A stretch of 64,000 bases of DNA from Escherichia coli (GTDB lineage: Bacteria > Pseudomonadota > Gammaproteobacteria > Enterobacterales > Enterobacteriaceae), in NCBI RefSeq assembly GCF_048403405.1, contig NZ_CP183129.1; one strand, given 5' to 3'. How positions within the stretch are numbered: the first letter of the stretch is position 1; each line of letters opens with the position of its first letter. Positions 35,452 through 45,723 of the stretch are shown here, one piece after another. The notes beneath the pieces were generated by a model. It saw only the letters and a program-made list of their open reading frames with translations, was not told the origin of the DNA and made no database searches. The translations under genes and the position numbers were made by a program.

Positions 35452-38400
35452 TTACACCTCCACGCGGCCCAGCAGATAATGATGATGCTGGTGGACATGG
35501 CTAATAATGCGGCACATATCGTTCAGCTCCGGTGGTACGTTGTTGAACTGACCTTCGCTGTCGATGTTTAACACCCAGCTTTGGTTATTCAGACGTACTC
35601 GTACCCGGCAATCTTCCACAAGGAAGCCAGGGTTGCTGCTGTTATCAAAGTCTTGCGACAGGCTGAAGACGGTGATTTTGTCTTTGTACGGTTTACCGTT
35701 CCACGGGCAGAACTGAGCGCAGTTGCCGCATTCGTTACAGTAAGCGTCGAGGTGCAGCGTCTGGAAACGGTTCTGGAAGCCAGGGACCGCAATGGATACG
35801 TTGGCGCGGTTCGGGCAGACATCCACACACTTGCTGCAAACGTAGTTACATTCAAGGCAGCGTGCGGCTTCCTGGGCGACAAACGCGTCACGATCGTCGC
35901 TATCCACCAGGGTGATAGAGATATCGCCTTTGCGTTGATAGATTTCCGCCGGATTGACGTTGTTCCAGTATTTATCGTTCTGGTGGGAACGGATGTTTTC
36001 CCGACTAAGGATGGCATCGGTCGCCCGACGCGCGGTTCCGACAGCAGCGACAATGGAGGATGGTCCGCGCTGTACGTCGCCGATCATAAAGACGTCAGTC
36101 AGACGAGTTTCGCCATTATGGTCGACGTCTGGCCAGCCGTTTTTGTCCAGCGGCACGCCCATCGCATTCAGGGCTTCAGTATCCTGCTGTTCACCAATGG
36201 CGGTGATCAGGCTGTCTACATGCAGTGTTACTGTTTCGTTGGTTTCAACCGGACGGCGACGACCTTTCTCATCAGGTTCGCCAAGCGACATAACGCGCAA
36301 GGTTAAGGTGCCATCAGCATCGAAACGTTCCGGATTATTCAGGAAACGGAACTCCACGCCGTCGTGCAACGCTTCTTCATACTCTTCGCGCCATGCTGGC
36401 ATCTCTTGCAGTGAACGACGGTAAACGACCGTTGCTTTTTCTACGCCTGGAACGCGTAACGCCGCACGAGCGCAGTCCATTGCCGTGTTACCCGCCCCGA
36501 CAACGACCACATGTTTGCCCAGCTTGAGCGCTGTGCCCTTGTTGTATTCACGCAGGAAGGGGAGTGATTTCCAGACATTTTGGTTGTCGCCCGCCAGTTT
36601 CACACCGCTATTTTTATCAGTGCCGGTGGCAATCAGAACATAGTGGAAGCCCTGATTTTTTAACTGTTCAACGGTCAGATCGGGTGAGCAGCCATACTCA
36701 AATTTCACGCCGTGAGCGGCAACAAAATCGATATCGTGCTGAATTAACTCTGCAGGAATACGGAACTGAGGAATGATATTTTTCACCACGCCGCCCGCAT
36801 TGGCTTCGCGTTCAAACAGCGTAACCGGATGGCCCGCTCTGGCAAGGAAGTAACCTGCTGCCAGACCCGCCGGACCTGCACCAATCACGGCAACCGGATG
36901 GCGTGAACCAGAACCGGCTGGTTTGTGCCAGCGTTGCTTATATTCATCCCAACCTTTTTCCAGCGCGACTTTTTTCAGTTCGCGGATATTCAGCGCACTG
37001 TCGTAATCCAGGCGGGTACAGTTGTATTGGCACTGGTGATCGCAAATATGACCGGTAATGGCGGGCAGGGCGTTGCGTTGGTAGATGAGTTCCAGCGCGT
37101 CAGCATAGCGGTGTTCGCCAAGCAAACGGATGTATTCCGGAATATCTTGCTTGATAGCGCAGGCAGTAACACAGGGGGCAACGTAGCAGTCGGTCAGCGG
37201 CAGGTCTTCTGCCACTTCAATACGCTCTTCTGGTTTCCAGTGTTTTTGAGTGTATTCCATGGTTAACGCGTCTGCTGACAGTTTGTTCAGTCGTTCGACG
37301 TCAACATGGTCAAGCCCCCAGGCGTCGGAGCCTTCCAGCTCGCGCATGCAGGCACTTAAGCGCAGATAGCCGCCAGGTTTCAGCAGGTCGGTTGCCATAG
37401 TAATAGGGCGAATACCAGTATCAAAAATATCGCGGATAGTCAGCTGACTGGCACCACCGGAATAAGAAATGGGCAGTTTGCCGTCAAAGGCGCGAGAGAG
37501 AACTGCTGCAACATTGATGGAGAGCGGGAACAGCGCACGGCCTGACATATACATCTCTTCACCAGGCAGTGCGCCTTTATTGTTGATGGTGCCGAGAGTG
37601 TTAGTCAGTTTTACGCCAAAGCCGAGTGATTTTTCTTTTGCCAGTGCCATCAGGCGTTCCAGCATTTCCAGCGCTTGCGTCAGCTTGAGGTCGTGATCAA
37701 ATGACTCTTCTTTTAAGCCTATGTAACCGAAACCGCAGACATCGAGGATCTCACGAACACGCGCGTACCCCAGTAAGGTCGGGTTGAGTTTCACAAAGGT
37801 ATTGAGCCCTTTTTCTTCCAGCATGTAGCGGCAAATGGCTTCGATTTCATGCGGAGGGCAGCCGTGCATGGTGGAGAGGGTAACGCCTTGTACCATGCTG
37901 GTGGGGATGCGTGCCGGTAAGGCCTGCAAGCATTCGCGTTTTTCCTGTAAGCCGTGGCGGGCTAAAAATGCGTCATCCTGGAGTAGTTTATTCAGCGTAT
38001 CGCGATATTGCGCGAATTTCGGATGGTCAGATGCGTCCATCATATTGTCGATGAACTGTTGCATCGGCGGTTGCTTAATACCTTCGAGGTTGTAACCGAC
38101 GCTCATATTAAAGATGAACGATTTACCGGAATCAGAAGGCTGGAACATCGCTTCGAGAAGGTGCAGGGCAAACCAGGCTTTGAGGTATTCATCCCAGGCT
38201 TTAAGCAGGGTAAATTCGGTGGACCATTCGGTGTTAAAGCACTCGTCTTCGGCATCGATACAGGGCTTTTCCAGCTCCAGGCGGTCAAGAATTTGGACGG
38301 TTTTTAGTTCGATGAAGCGTCCGCCAGTCAGCCAGGAAGTGACAATATTTTGCGCGAGCTGCGTGTGCGGGCCAGCGGCGGGGCCGACGGGAGTGGCACA

Positions 38401-38550
38401 GGTTTCACCGAAGACGCTAACAGTTTTACCTTTTACGGGTGAGTAAAACTGTTGCTCGGGAATACCAAAGATTGAGCGTTGTTGTTGGTATTCATCAAAT
38501 ATGCGCGTCAAAAGTTCCTCAAACGGAATGGGACGCATAATATCCCCCAT
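35452..38550 (-). CDS. ygfK: Large Fe-S flavoprotein oxidoreductase YgfK (glutamate-synthase/dihydropyrimidine-dehydrogenase-like; annotated elsewhere as putative selenate reductase subunit)
   Basis: 1032 aa; [18 protein letters not shown] dinucleotide fold and a C-terminal 4Fe-4S motif (CLECNYVCSKCVDVCP). Confidence 0.88.
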   Translation of the reverse strand: MGDIMRPIPFEELLTRIFDEYQQQRSIFGIPEQQFYSPVKGKTVSVFGETCATPVGPAAGPHTQLAQNIVTSWLTGGRFIELKTVQILDRLELEKPCIDAEDECFNTEWSTEFTLLKAWDEYLKAWFALHLLEAMFQPSDSGKSFIFNMSVGYNLEGIKQPPMQQFIDNMMDASDHPKFAQYRDTLNKLLQDDAFLARHGLQEKRECLQALPARIPTSMVQGVTLSTMHGCPPHEIEAICRYMLEEKGLNTFVKLNPTLLGYARVREILDVCGFGYIGLKEESFDHDLKLTQALEMLERLMALAKEKSLGFGVKLTNTLGTINNKGALPGEEMYMSGRALFPLSINVAAVLSRAFDGKLPISYSGGASQLTIRDIFDTGIRPITMATDLLKPGGYLRLSACMRELEGSDAWGLDHVDVERLNKLSADALTMEYTQKHWKPEERIEVAEDLPLTDCYVAPCVTACAIKQDIPEYIRLLGEHRYADALELIYQRNALPAITGHICDHQCQYNCTRLDYDSALNIRELKKVALEKGWDEYKQRWHKPAGSGSRHPVAVIGAGPAGLAAGYFLARAGHPVTLFEREANAGGVVKNIIPQFRIPAELIQHDIDFVAAHGVKFEYGCSPDLTVEQLKNQGFHYVLIATGTDKNSGVKLAGDNQNVWKSLPFLREYNKGTALKLGKHVVVVGAGNTAMDCARAALRVPGVEKATVVYRRSLQEMPAWREEYEEALHDGVEFRFLNNPERFDADGTLTLRVMSLGEPDEKGRRRPVETNETVTLHVDSLITAIGEQQDTEALNAMGVPLDKNGWPDVDHNGETRLTDVFMIGDVQRGPSSIVAAVGTARRATDAILSRENIRSHQNDKYWNNVNPAEIYQRKGDISITLVDSDDRDAFVAQEAARCLECNYVCSKCVDVCPNRANVSIAVPGFQNRFQTLHLDAYCNECGNCAQFCPWNGKPYKDKITVFSLSQDFDNSSNPGFLVEDCRVRVRLNNQSWVLNIDSEGQFNNVPPELNDMCRIISHVHQHHHYLLGRVEV

Positions 38551-38871
38551 AACCCTCTCCTTAGCTTATACAGATATCATTGAGTGACCGGTGTTGAGAA
38601 ATCCGGTGGTTTAGGGGGATAGAGCAACAATCGCACCACTCTTGCCAGGTTTGGCGGGAAATATAAAAAAATGTGAGGCGGCTCGAAACTTAGGGGCTTT
38701 TTGTGAAAGAACTCACAGGTGCCAAATGAGAATTAAAATCACTCCTGAAAATTATTATTGCCAGCCCATTTATCACTTTTTCTCTTTTCTCAAAATCAGT
38801 GATTCCTTATCATTATGATAAAGAGAACTGGAAGGGTTAAATATTTGAACGCAATCGTTTAACTACGTTTT

Positions 38872-39450
38872 CTAAATTTCAGCATACCTTTTTTTCGCTG
38901 TAATAAAGTCGTCCGGAGTATCAATATCTAAAATTATTTCTGCATTTTCTATTTCGACGGAATAATGATCTCCCATAAGGAGTGCCTGACGCATATTGGT
39001 GATATTGGGACGCTGGATTGCCTGCATCAGGCATGGCTTTGACACTAAAATCGGATGGCCGGGAATGCCATTATGGAGTGGCAGTATTGCGCCATCATTT
39101 CGTAACGACCAGATTTTTCTAAAAATATCGATGGTGAGGGTAGGCATGTCACCGTGGGTGAGAAAACAATATTCTGTTTTTACCGCGGGTACTGCGGCCT
39201 TTACTGATGTGAGTAAACCCTGCGCATAATCTGGGTTGTGAATAATAGTGATATTGCTCTGGTTCGCATAACGTTCGTGCAGTTCATTACCACGATAGCC
39301 GGTGACTAAAATAATTCGGCTACAAAACTGCAACGCATTTTTGATACTTGTATCAAGAATTGTTCCCTGTTGCCAGGGTAACATCATTTTCCATTGCCCC
39401 ATTCTTGATGATAATCCGGCAGCGGTAATTATACAGTCGATGGCTGACAT
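38872..39450 (-). CDS. mocA: Molybdenum cofactor cytidylyltransferase (MobA-like NTP transferase)
   Basis: 192 aa, MSAIDCIITAAGLSSRMGQWKMMLPW... Confidence 0.88.
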   Translation of the reverse strand: MSAIDCIITAAGLSSRMGQWKMMLPWQQGTILDTSIKNALQFCSRIILVTGYRGNELHERYANQSNITIIHNPDYAQGLLTSVKAAVPAVKTEYCFLTHGDMPTLTIDIFRKIWSLRNDGAILPLHNGIPGHPILVSKPCLMQAIQRPNITNMRQALLMGDHYSVEIENAEIILDIDTPDDFITAKKRYAEI

Positions 39451-39552
39451 AGTGGTTCCATTATTTATAGGGGCTAATAACGCCTGATAATTGCGTTACT
39501 TCCTGATGGATTAAGTTGGGGATAATTTATCCCAGAGAGGTCATAAAGACTC

Positions 39553-40323
39553 GTGAAAAGTATAGTTGACCCATCGGCATTATTCATTGATTTAGGTGCG
39601 CAGAAACGTCCCACTGTGATTTCTGTTGTTGGTGCTGGGGGGAAAACCAGCTTGCTTTTTTGGCTGGCAGAACTGCTCCAGGCTAGCGGCAGGCGTGTGT
39701 TAATCACGACGACGACACATATGTTTATGCCAACGTCTCACTGGCCCGTGGTTTTCTGTCGTGATCCCGCCATGCTTCCTCATGCGTCTTTTATATCCCC
39801 CATTTCATTTTGTTTTCACAGCTGGAAAGCGAACCAGGGAAAAGTGCAGGGATTTACGCCAGAAGCGATTGATGCACTGGTACAACGATCAGAGTGTGAC
39901 GTAATTCTCATTGAGGCAGATGGCTCGCGTGGAATGCCGTTAAAAGCGCCTGATGAGCACGAACCTTGCATACCTAAAAGCAGTTGCTGCGTGATTGCTG
40001 TGATGGGAGGACATATTTTGGGTGCAAAAGTGAGCACAGAAAATGTCCATCGCTGGTCGCAGTTTGCTGATATTACCGGGTTAACACCTGATGCACCCTT
40101 GCAACTGAGCGATCTCGTTGCGCTGGTTCGCCACCCTCAGGGCGCGTTTAAAAACGTACCGCAAGGTTGTCGGCGAGTCTGGTTCATTAACCGTTTTTCT
40201 CAATGTGAGAATGCGATTGCGCAAAGCGAGCTCCTTCAACCGCTGCAACAACACAACGTAGAGGCAATCTGGCTGGGCGATATACAAGAACATCCTGCAA
40301 TCGCGCGCAGATTTGTGAATTAG
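39553..40323 (+). CDS. yqeC: Selenium-dependent molybdenum hydroxylase system protein YqeC (P-loop-like)
   Basis: 256 aa with a VVGAGGKTSLLFWLA Walker-A-like motif. Confidence 0.85.
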   Translation: MKSIVDPSALFIDLGAQKRPTVISVVGAGGKTSLLFWLAELLQASGRRVLITTTTHMFMPTSHWPVVFCRDPAMLPHASFISPISFCFHSWKANQGKVQGFTPEAIDALVQRSECDVILIEADGSRGMPLKAPDEHEPCIPKSSCCVIAVMGGHILGAKVSTENVHRWSQFADITGLTPDAPLQLSDLVALVRHPQGAFKNVPQGCRRVWFINRFSQCENAIAQSELLQPLQQHNVEAIWLGDIQEHPAIARRFVN

Positions 40324-40370
40324 CGGCCCGGGTATTCCGGGTTACTGAAAGGATATCCATTGAGGTTGGT

Positions 40371-41996
40371 ATGAATATTTTCACAGAGGCTGCAAAACTC
40401 GAAGAGCAAAATTGTCCGTTTGCGATGGCGCAAATTGTTGATAGCCGAGGCTCGACTCCCCGCCATTCTGCACAAATGTTAGTGCGCGCCGATGGCTCTA
40501 TCGTCGGTACAATTGGTGGCGGAATGGTTGAGCGGAAGGTGATTGAAGAGTCGCTTCAGGCATTGCAGGAACGTAAGCCGCGATTATTCCATGGACGTAT
40601 GGCTCGTAACGGTGCGGATGCTGTCGGGTCAGATTGTGGAGGTGCAATGTCAGTATTTATCAGCGTCCATGGTATGCGTCCACGTCTGGTGTTGATTGGC
40701 GCGGGGCATGTCAACCGGGCGATAGCCCAGAGTGCGGCGCTATTAGGATTTGATATTGCCGTTGCTGATATTTATCGCGAAAGCCTCAATCCTGAACTAT
40801 TCCCACCATCAACCACGCTTCTCCATGCTGAGTCGTTTGGTGCGGCAGTGGAAGCACTGGATATTCGCCCTGATAATTTTGTCCTGATTGCCACGAATAA
40901 TCAGGATCGTGAAGCCCTCGACAAACTCATTGAACAGCCCATTGCATGGTTGGGGTTGCTGGCAAGTCGTCGCAAGGTTCAGCTTTTCCTGCGTCAATTG
41001 CGTGAGAAAGGCGTGGCTGAAGAACATATTGCCCGTTTACATGCACCTGTTGGTTACAACATAGGTGCGGAAACGCCGCAGGAGATCGCCATCAGCGTGC
41101 TGGCAGAAATATTACAGGTGAAAAATAACGCGCCGGGTGGGCTGATGATGAAACCTTCTCATCCTTCCGGACACCAGCTGGTGGTGATTCGCGGTGCGGG
41201 GGATATCGCCAGTGGTGTGGCGCTACGTCTGTATCATGCGGGTTTTAAAGTGATCATGTTGGAAGTGGAAAAACCGACAGTGATTCGTTGTACCGTGGCG
41301 TTTGCCCAGGCCGTGTTCGATGGCGAAATGACGGTCGAAGGCGTCACTGCCCGCCTGGCAACCAGCTCTGCGGAAGCGATGAAACTTACCGAACGCGGAT
41401 TCATCCCTGTGATGGTAGATCCCGCCTGTTCATTGCTTGATGAACTGAAACCGCTTTGCGTGGTGGACGCTATTCTGGCGAAACAGAATTTGGGGACGCG
41501 GGCAGATATGGCACCAGTAACAATCGCGCTTGGGCCGGGCTTTATTGCAGGGAAGGATTGTCATGCGGTAATTGAAACAAATCGCGGGCACTGGCTCGGT
41601 CAGGTGATTTACTCTGGTTGTGCGCAGGAGAATACCGGTGTTCCTGGCAATATTATGGGGCATACCACCCGACGGGTGATCCGTGCTCCTGCTGCAGGCA
41701 TTATGCGATCCAACGTGAAATTAGGCGATCTGGTGAAAGAGGGCGATGTGATTGCCTGGATTGGTGAGCATGAAATTAAAGCACCGTTGACGGGGATGGT
41801 GCGTGGCTTGTTGAACGACGGACTAGCAGTGGTCGGTGGTTTTAAAATTGGTGATATCGATCCTCGTGGTGAAACGGCTGATTTCACCAGCGTTTCTGAT
41901 AAAGCCCGGGCGATTGGCGGCGGCGTACTTGAGGCGTTAATGATGTTGATGCATCAGGGCGTTAAAGCGACGAAAGAAGTGCTGGAAGTGGCTTAA
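40371..41996 (+). CDS. yqeB: XdhC/CoxI-family accessory protein YqeB (molybdenum hydroxylase maturation)
   Basis: 541 aa with two Rossmann-like segments (LVLIGAGHVNRAIA; VVIRGAGDIASGVA). Confidence 0.85.
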   Translation: MNIFTEAAKLEEQNCPFAMAQIVDSRGSTPRHSAQMLVRADGSIVGTIGGGMVERKVIEESLQALQERKPRLFHGRMARNGADAVGSDCGGAMSVFISVHGMRPRLVLIGAGHVNRAIAQSAALLGFDIAVADIYRESLNPELFPPSTTLLHAESFGAAVEALDIRPDNFVLIATNNQDREALDKLIEQPIAWLGLLASRRKVQLFLRQLREKGVAEEHIARLHAPVGYNIGAETPQEIAISVLAEILQVKNNAPGGLMMKPSHPSGHQLVVIRGAGDIASGVALRLYHAGFKVIMLEVEKPTVIRCTVAFAQAVFDGEMTVEGVTARLATSSAEAMKLTERGFIPVMVDPACSLLDELKPLCVVDAILAKQNLGTRADMAPVTIALGPGFIAGKDCHAVIETNRGHWLGQVIYSGCAQENTGVPGNIMGHTTRRVIRAPAAGIMRSNVKLGDLVKEGDVIAWIGEHEIKAPLTGMVRGLLNDGLAVVGGFKIGDIDPRGETADFTSVSDKARAIGGGVLEALMMLMHQGVKATKEVLEVA

Positions 41997-42002
41997 ATGA
42001 AA

Positions 42003-42034
42003 ATGGCCGGATGGTATTACCCACCCGGCCTTTA
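42003..42034. terminator. Bidirectional hairpin between the convergent yqeB and yqeA genes
   Basis: GGCCGG...CCGGCC inverted repeat followed by TTT on the plus strand. Confidence 0.55.
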
Positions 42035-42036
42035 AA

Positions 42037-42969
42037 TTACTGACAAATCACCGTTCCGGTTTTGCCTTCAATCCCTTCTTTCGCTTTGCTCAATACGGTA
42101 ATCAGTGCTTCACGACCTGCGCGAGAGCGAGCAAACGAGGCGGCAGCTTCCACTTTAGGCAGCATAGAACCTTTCGCAAAATGACCTTCTTCGATAAAGC
42201 GTTCAGCATCACTTAATGACAGGCGATCGAGCCACTGTTCATTCTCTTTACCGAAGTTAATGGCCACTTTTTCTACCGCAGTCAGAATGATCAGCATATC
42301 GGCATCAATCATTTCTGCTAAACGGGCGCTGGCCCAGTCTTTATCGATAACCGCACTGGCACCACGCAGGTGGTTACCTTCACGAATAACAGGGATACCA
42401 CCACCGCCAACGGTGATCACCACCTGGCCTGCATCTACCAACGCTTTAACCGTTTCTTTTTCAATGATATCAACCGGTTTTGGCGAGGCAACAACACGGC
42501 GATAGCCGCGACCAGCATCTTCTTTCAGAGTGTAACCCTGTTTTGTCAGTTGCTCTGCTTCTTGCTCGGTAAAGAACGAACCGATCGGCTTGGTCGGGTT
42601 GAGGAATGCCGGATCGTTAGCGTCGACTTCGACCTGGGTAACCAGCGTTGCTACAGGTTTATTAATGCCACGAGAAAGCAGTTCTTCTCTTAAGGCATTT
42701 TGTAGATCGTAACCAATATAACCCTGGCTTAAGGCAACACAGACAGACATCGGCAGCATTGGCGAGTGCGCTTCAGTTTTTGCGGCAGCTTCAAAGGCCT
42801 GGTTAATCATGCCCACCTGCGGCCCGTTACCATGAGTGACGATAACTTCATGTCCTTGGGCAATTAAATCAACAATTGCCTGAGAAGTAATTTTTACCGC
42901 TTTCATTTGTCCGGCCAGGTCATCGCCCAGCGCATTCCCGCCCAGGGCGAGAACAATTTTCTTACTCAT
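42037..42969 (-). CDS. yqeA: Carbamate kinase-like protein
   Basis: 310 aa amino-acid-kinase fold, MSKKIVLALGGNALGDD... Confidence 0.88.
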   Translation of the reverse strand: MSKKIVLALGGNALGDDLAGQMKAVKITSQAIVDLIAQGHEVIVTHGNGPQVGMINQAFEAAAKTEAHSPMLPMSVCVALSQGYIGYDLQNALREELLSRGINKPVATLVTQVEVDANDPAFLNPTKPIGSFFTEQEAEQLTKQGYTLKEDAGRGYRRVVASPKPVDIIEKETVKALVDAGQVVITVGGGGIPVIREGNHLRGASAVIDKDWASARLAEMIDADMLIILTAVEKVAINFGKENEQWLDRLSLSDAERFIEEGHFAKGSMLPKVEAAASFARSRAGREALITVLSKAKEGIEGKTGTVICQ

Positions 42970-43016
42970 TTTTCCTCACTCATCATTCTTGATTGTGTAT
43001 AGATCCCTGGCAGTGG

Positions 43017-44402
43017 TTAGAGCACGGGAGGGACAAACGGTTTGCGTCGCAGGAATCGACCTCGCCCGGCTTTGCCTGTAAAGCTGCCGTCACAGAAAAT
43101 CGTTTCACCACGGGATAAAGTTCTGACAATCGCGCCCTGACAGGTAAAACCCTCCCATGGCGAATAGTCAGCGTTGTCGTGGAGATGGCGATGCTGAATT
43201 TGTTGGCTCTGACGTGGGTCGATAATCACCACGTCGCCATCGGAACCGGGCGCTAATAATCCTTTTTGCGGCCACAGGCCAAACAGCCTGGCGGGCATCG
43301 CGCTGGTTAATTCAACAAAACGTTCCGGTGTTATACGTCCCGTCATAACGCCACTGGAAAACAGTAACTGCATGCGGTTTTCCACACCGGGTAAGCCATT
43401 TGGGCAGCGACTGAAATCGCCTTTAGAAATTTGCAGGCGTTGAGCCATCGAGAAGGTGCAGTGATCGGTTGCCACCACGTCAATCGCACCATCGCTGATG
43501 CCACACCACAGTTTGTCCTGCTCGCGTACGTTACGCAGCGGTGGGCTAAGAATGAACTTAATGCCATCTTCTGTATCGTAACTGCGTTCGTCCAACAGGA
43601 GATATTGTGGGCAGGTTTCAACCCAGACTGGCTGGTGATTCGCACGGGCAAGACGCAGATAATCCAGACCTAAGCCGTTAGACAGGTGCACGATATAGAG
43701 CGGGGCGTTACCGGCAATTTGTGCCAGGTTAATCATGCGGGCGATGGCTTCCGCTTCGCATTCCAGAGGGCGACTCAAGGCGTGATAGCGCGGCGCGGTT
43801 AACCCTGCGGCGATAAACTCCGCCCGCTTGCTGGCGATAGCTGCATCATTTTCCGGGTGCACGGTGGTCAGCGCGCCGGACTCATGCAAGCGGCGTAACG
43901 CCTGCAAAACCTCGTCATCGTTGAGTTTGTATTGATAGGTTAAATAGAGTTTAAAACTGCTCAGTCCTTCTTCGACCATCATCGGAATTTCGTCGAGGAT
44001 GGCGTGATTAATGTGCTGGATCACACCATGAAAGCTGTAGTCGATGACCGCCTTATGGGCGGCATAGCCACGATAAACCTCCAGTTGATGGCGTAACCGA
44101 CAGCCGTTTGGGCCAAATCCCATATGGTCAATAATGGTTGTTGTACCGCCACACGCAGCTGCGCGGGTACCGGTAAAAAAATCATCACAACTGCGCGCGA
44201 TGCCGACATCAATATTGAAATGCGTATGGACATCCACGCCGCCAGGGAAAACGTAACAGCCAGTGGCATCAATTTCTTCATACGGGAGCTGCGGCGAAAT
44301 ATTGTTGCCCAACTGGCGAACAATCCCGCTTTCAATCAGCAAATCCTGTTTGGCTTGTCCATCTGCGTTAACGACAGTGCCGTTTTTGATCAATACGCGC
44401 AT
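43017..44402 (-). CDS. hyuA: D-phenylhydantoinase / dihydropyrimidinase-family cyclic amidohydrolase
   Basis: Track ORF trimmed by 4 codons to MRVLIKNGTVVNADGQ...; metal-binding motif GGVDVHTHF; 461 aa. Confidence 0.88.
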   Translation of the reverse strand: MRVLIKNGTVVNADGQAKQDLLIESGIVRQLGNNISPQLPYEEIDATGCYVFPGGVDVHTHFNIDVGIARSCDDFFTGTRAAACGGTTTIIDHMGFGPNGCRLRHQLEVYRGYAAHKAVIDYSFHGVIQHINHAILDEIPMMVEEGLSSFKLYLTYQYKLNDDEVLQALRRLHESGALTTVHPENDAAIASKRAEFIAAGLTAPRYHALSRPLECEAEAIARMINLAQIAGNAPLYIVHLSNGLGLDYLRLARANHQPVWVETCPQYLLLDERSYDTEDGIKFILSPPLRNVREQDKLWCGISDGAIDVVATDHCTFSMAQRLQISKGDFSRCPNGLPGVENRMQLLFSSGVMTGRITPERFVELTSAMPARLFGLWPQKGLLAPGSDGDVVIIDPRQSQQIQHRHLHDNADYSPWEGFTCQGAIVRTLSRGETIFCDGSFTGKAGRGRFLRRKPFVPPVL

Positions 44403-44454
44403 AGCAAACTCCAAAAACCCTCCGGCGAACCGGAGGGGAATAAGTGAAGAGTAA

Positions 44455-45666
44455 TTATTCGGTTGCCAGCCAGCTTAACGGGATTGCCGCGTACATCGCG
44501 GCACAGGTCACCAGGTGAGATTTCCAGGTTTTTTCGTTAGGTGCATGCGCTTCAGGTTCTTTACCTGGGCCAAAGCCGATCACCGGAATGCCGTGACGGC
44601 CCATGATAGATACGCCGTTAGTTGAGAAGGTCCACTTATCAACAACCGGCGCTTTGCCAAACAGCCCTTCGTAGGCATTCACCAGTGCTTTAACGGTGAA
44701 GTGATCTTCTTCCACTTTCCAGGTCGGGAAGTAGCATTCGGTTGGGTATACCAGGCCAGTCCAGGACGGACGGTCGTAGTTGTACATAGAAACAACCGCG
44801 TTAGCTTTCTGTACCGCAGGCAGGGCGCGGATTTCATCCAGCGCGCCTTCCCAGGTTTCGCCCCAGGTCAGACGGCGGTCAATAGAGACGGCGCAGCTAT
44901 CTGCTACTGCGCAACGGCTTGGGGATGTGAAGAAGATTTCAGAAACGGTGAGGGTGCCTTTGCCGAGGAATTCGTCATAACCCAGACGTTGGGAGAGTTC
45001 TTGTAATTCGCCAAGAATCGGACCCATTTTGAAAATGGCGTTGTCACCGCGTTCTGGTGCAGAACCGTGGCAGCTAACACCCTGAACATCAATACGAATT
45101 TCCATACGACCGCGCTGACCACGGTATACCTGGCAGTCGGTTGGTTCGGTACTGACCACAAATTCCGGGCGAATGCCGGATTGTTCAATAATGTACTGCC
45201 AGCACAGGCCGTCGCAGTCTTCTTCCTGCACCGTACCGGTAACCAGCAGGGTATATTCATCTTCCAGACCGAGGTCTTTAATGATTTTACCGGCATAAAC
45301 CATAGATGCCATGCCGCCTTCCTGGTCGGAAGTACCGCGACCACCGATCAGCTCATCAGTTTCCATGCCTTCGTACGGATCGAAGTCCCAGTTTTTGATG
45401 TTGCCAATGCCGACGGTATCAATATGAGCGTCCATTGCCACCAGACGCGGGCCGTGGCCGATATAACCGAGAACGTTGCCCATCGGGTCGATTTCAACTT
45501 TATCGAAGCCGACTTTTTCCATCTCTTCTTTAATACGATGTACTACGCGTTTCTCGTCGCAGCTTTCACTGGGAATAGCAACCATGTCGCGCAGGAAGCG
45601 AGTCATATCCGCCTGGTAATCTTTTGCTTTTTCAAGAATCAGTTTGAATGGAATATTCTTAGCCAT
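44455..45666 (-). CDS. ygeY: Peptidase M20 family amidohydrolase (ArgE/DapE/acylase-like)
   Basis: 403 aa, [35 protein letters not shown]... Confidence 0.88.
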
Positions 45667-45723
45667 TATTTTTCTCCAGATTTTTTACTCCCCGTTTTGC
45701 AGGGAGCAGTTCCAATAGGGTGA

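Noticed and set aside
38551-38871. Sigma54-type promoter upstream of ygfK (TGGCAC present on the minus strand near 38730).
   Set aside because: No TTGC-like -12 element at the correct spacing, so it is not a credible RpoN site.
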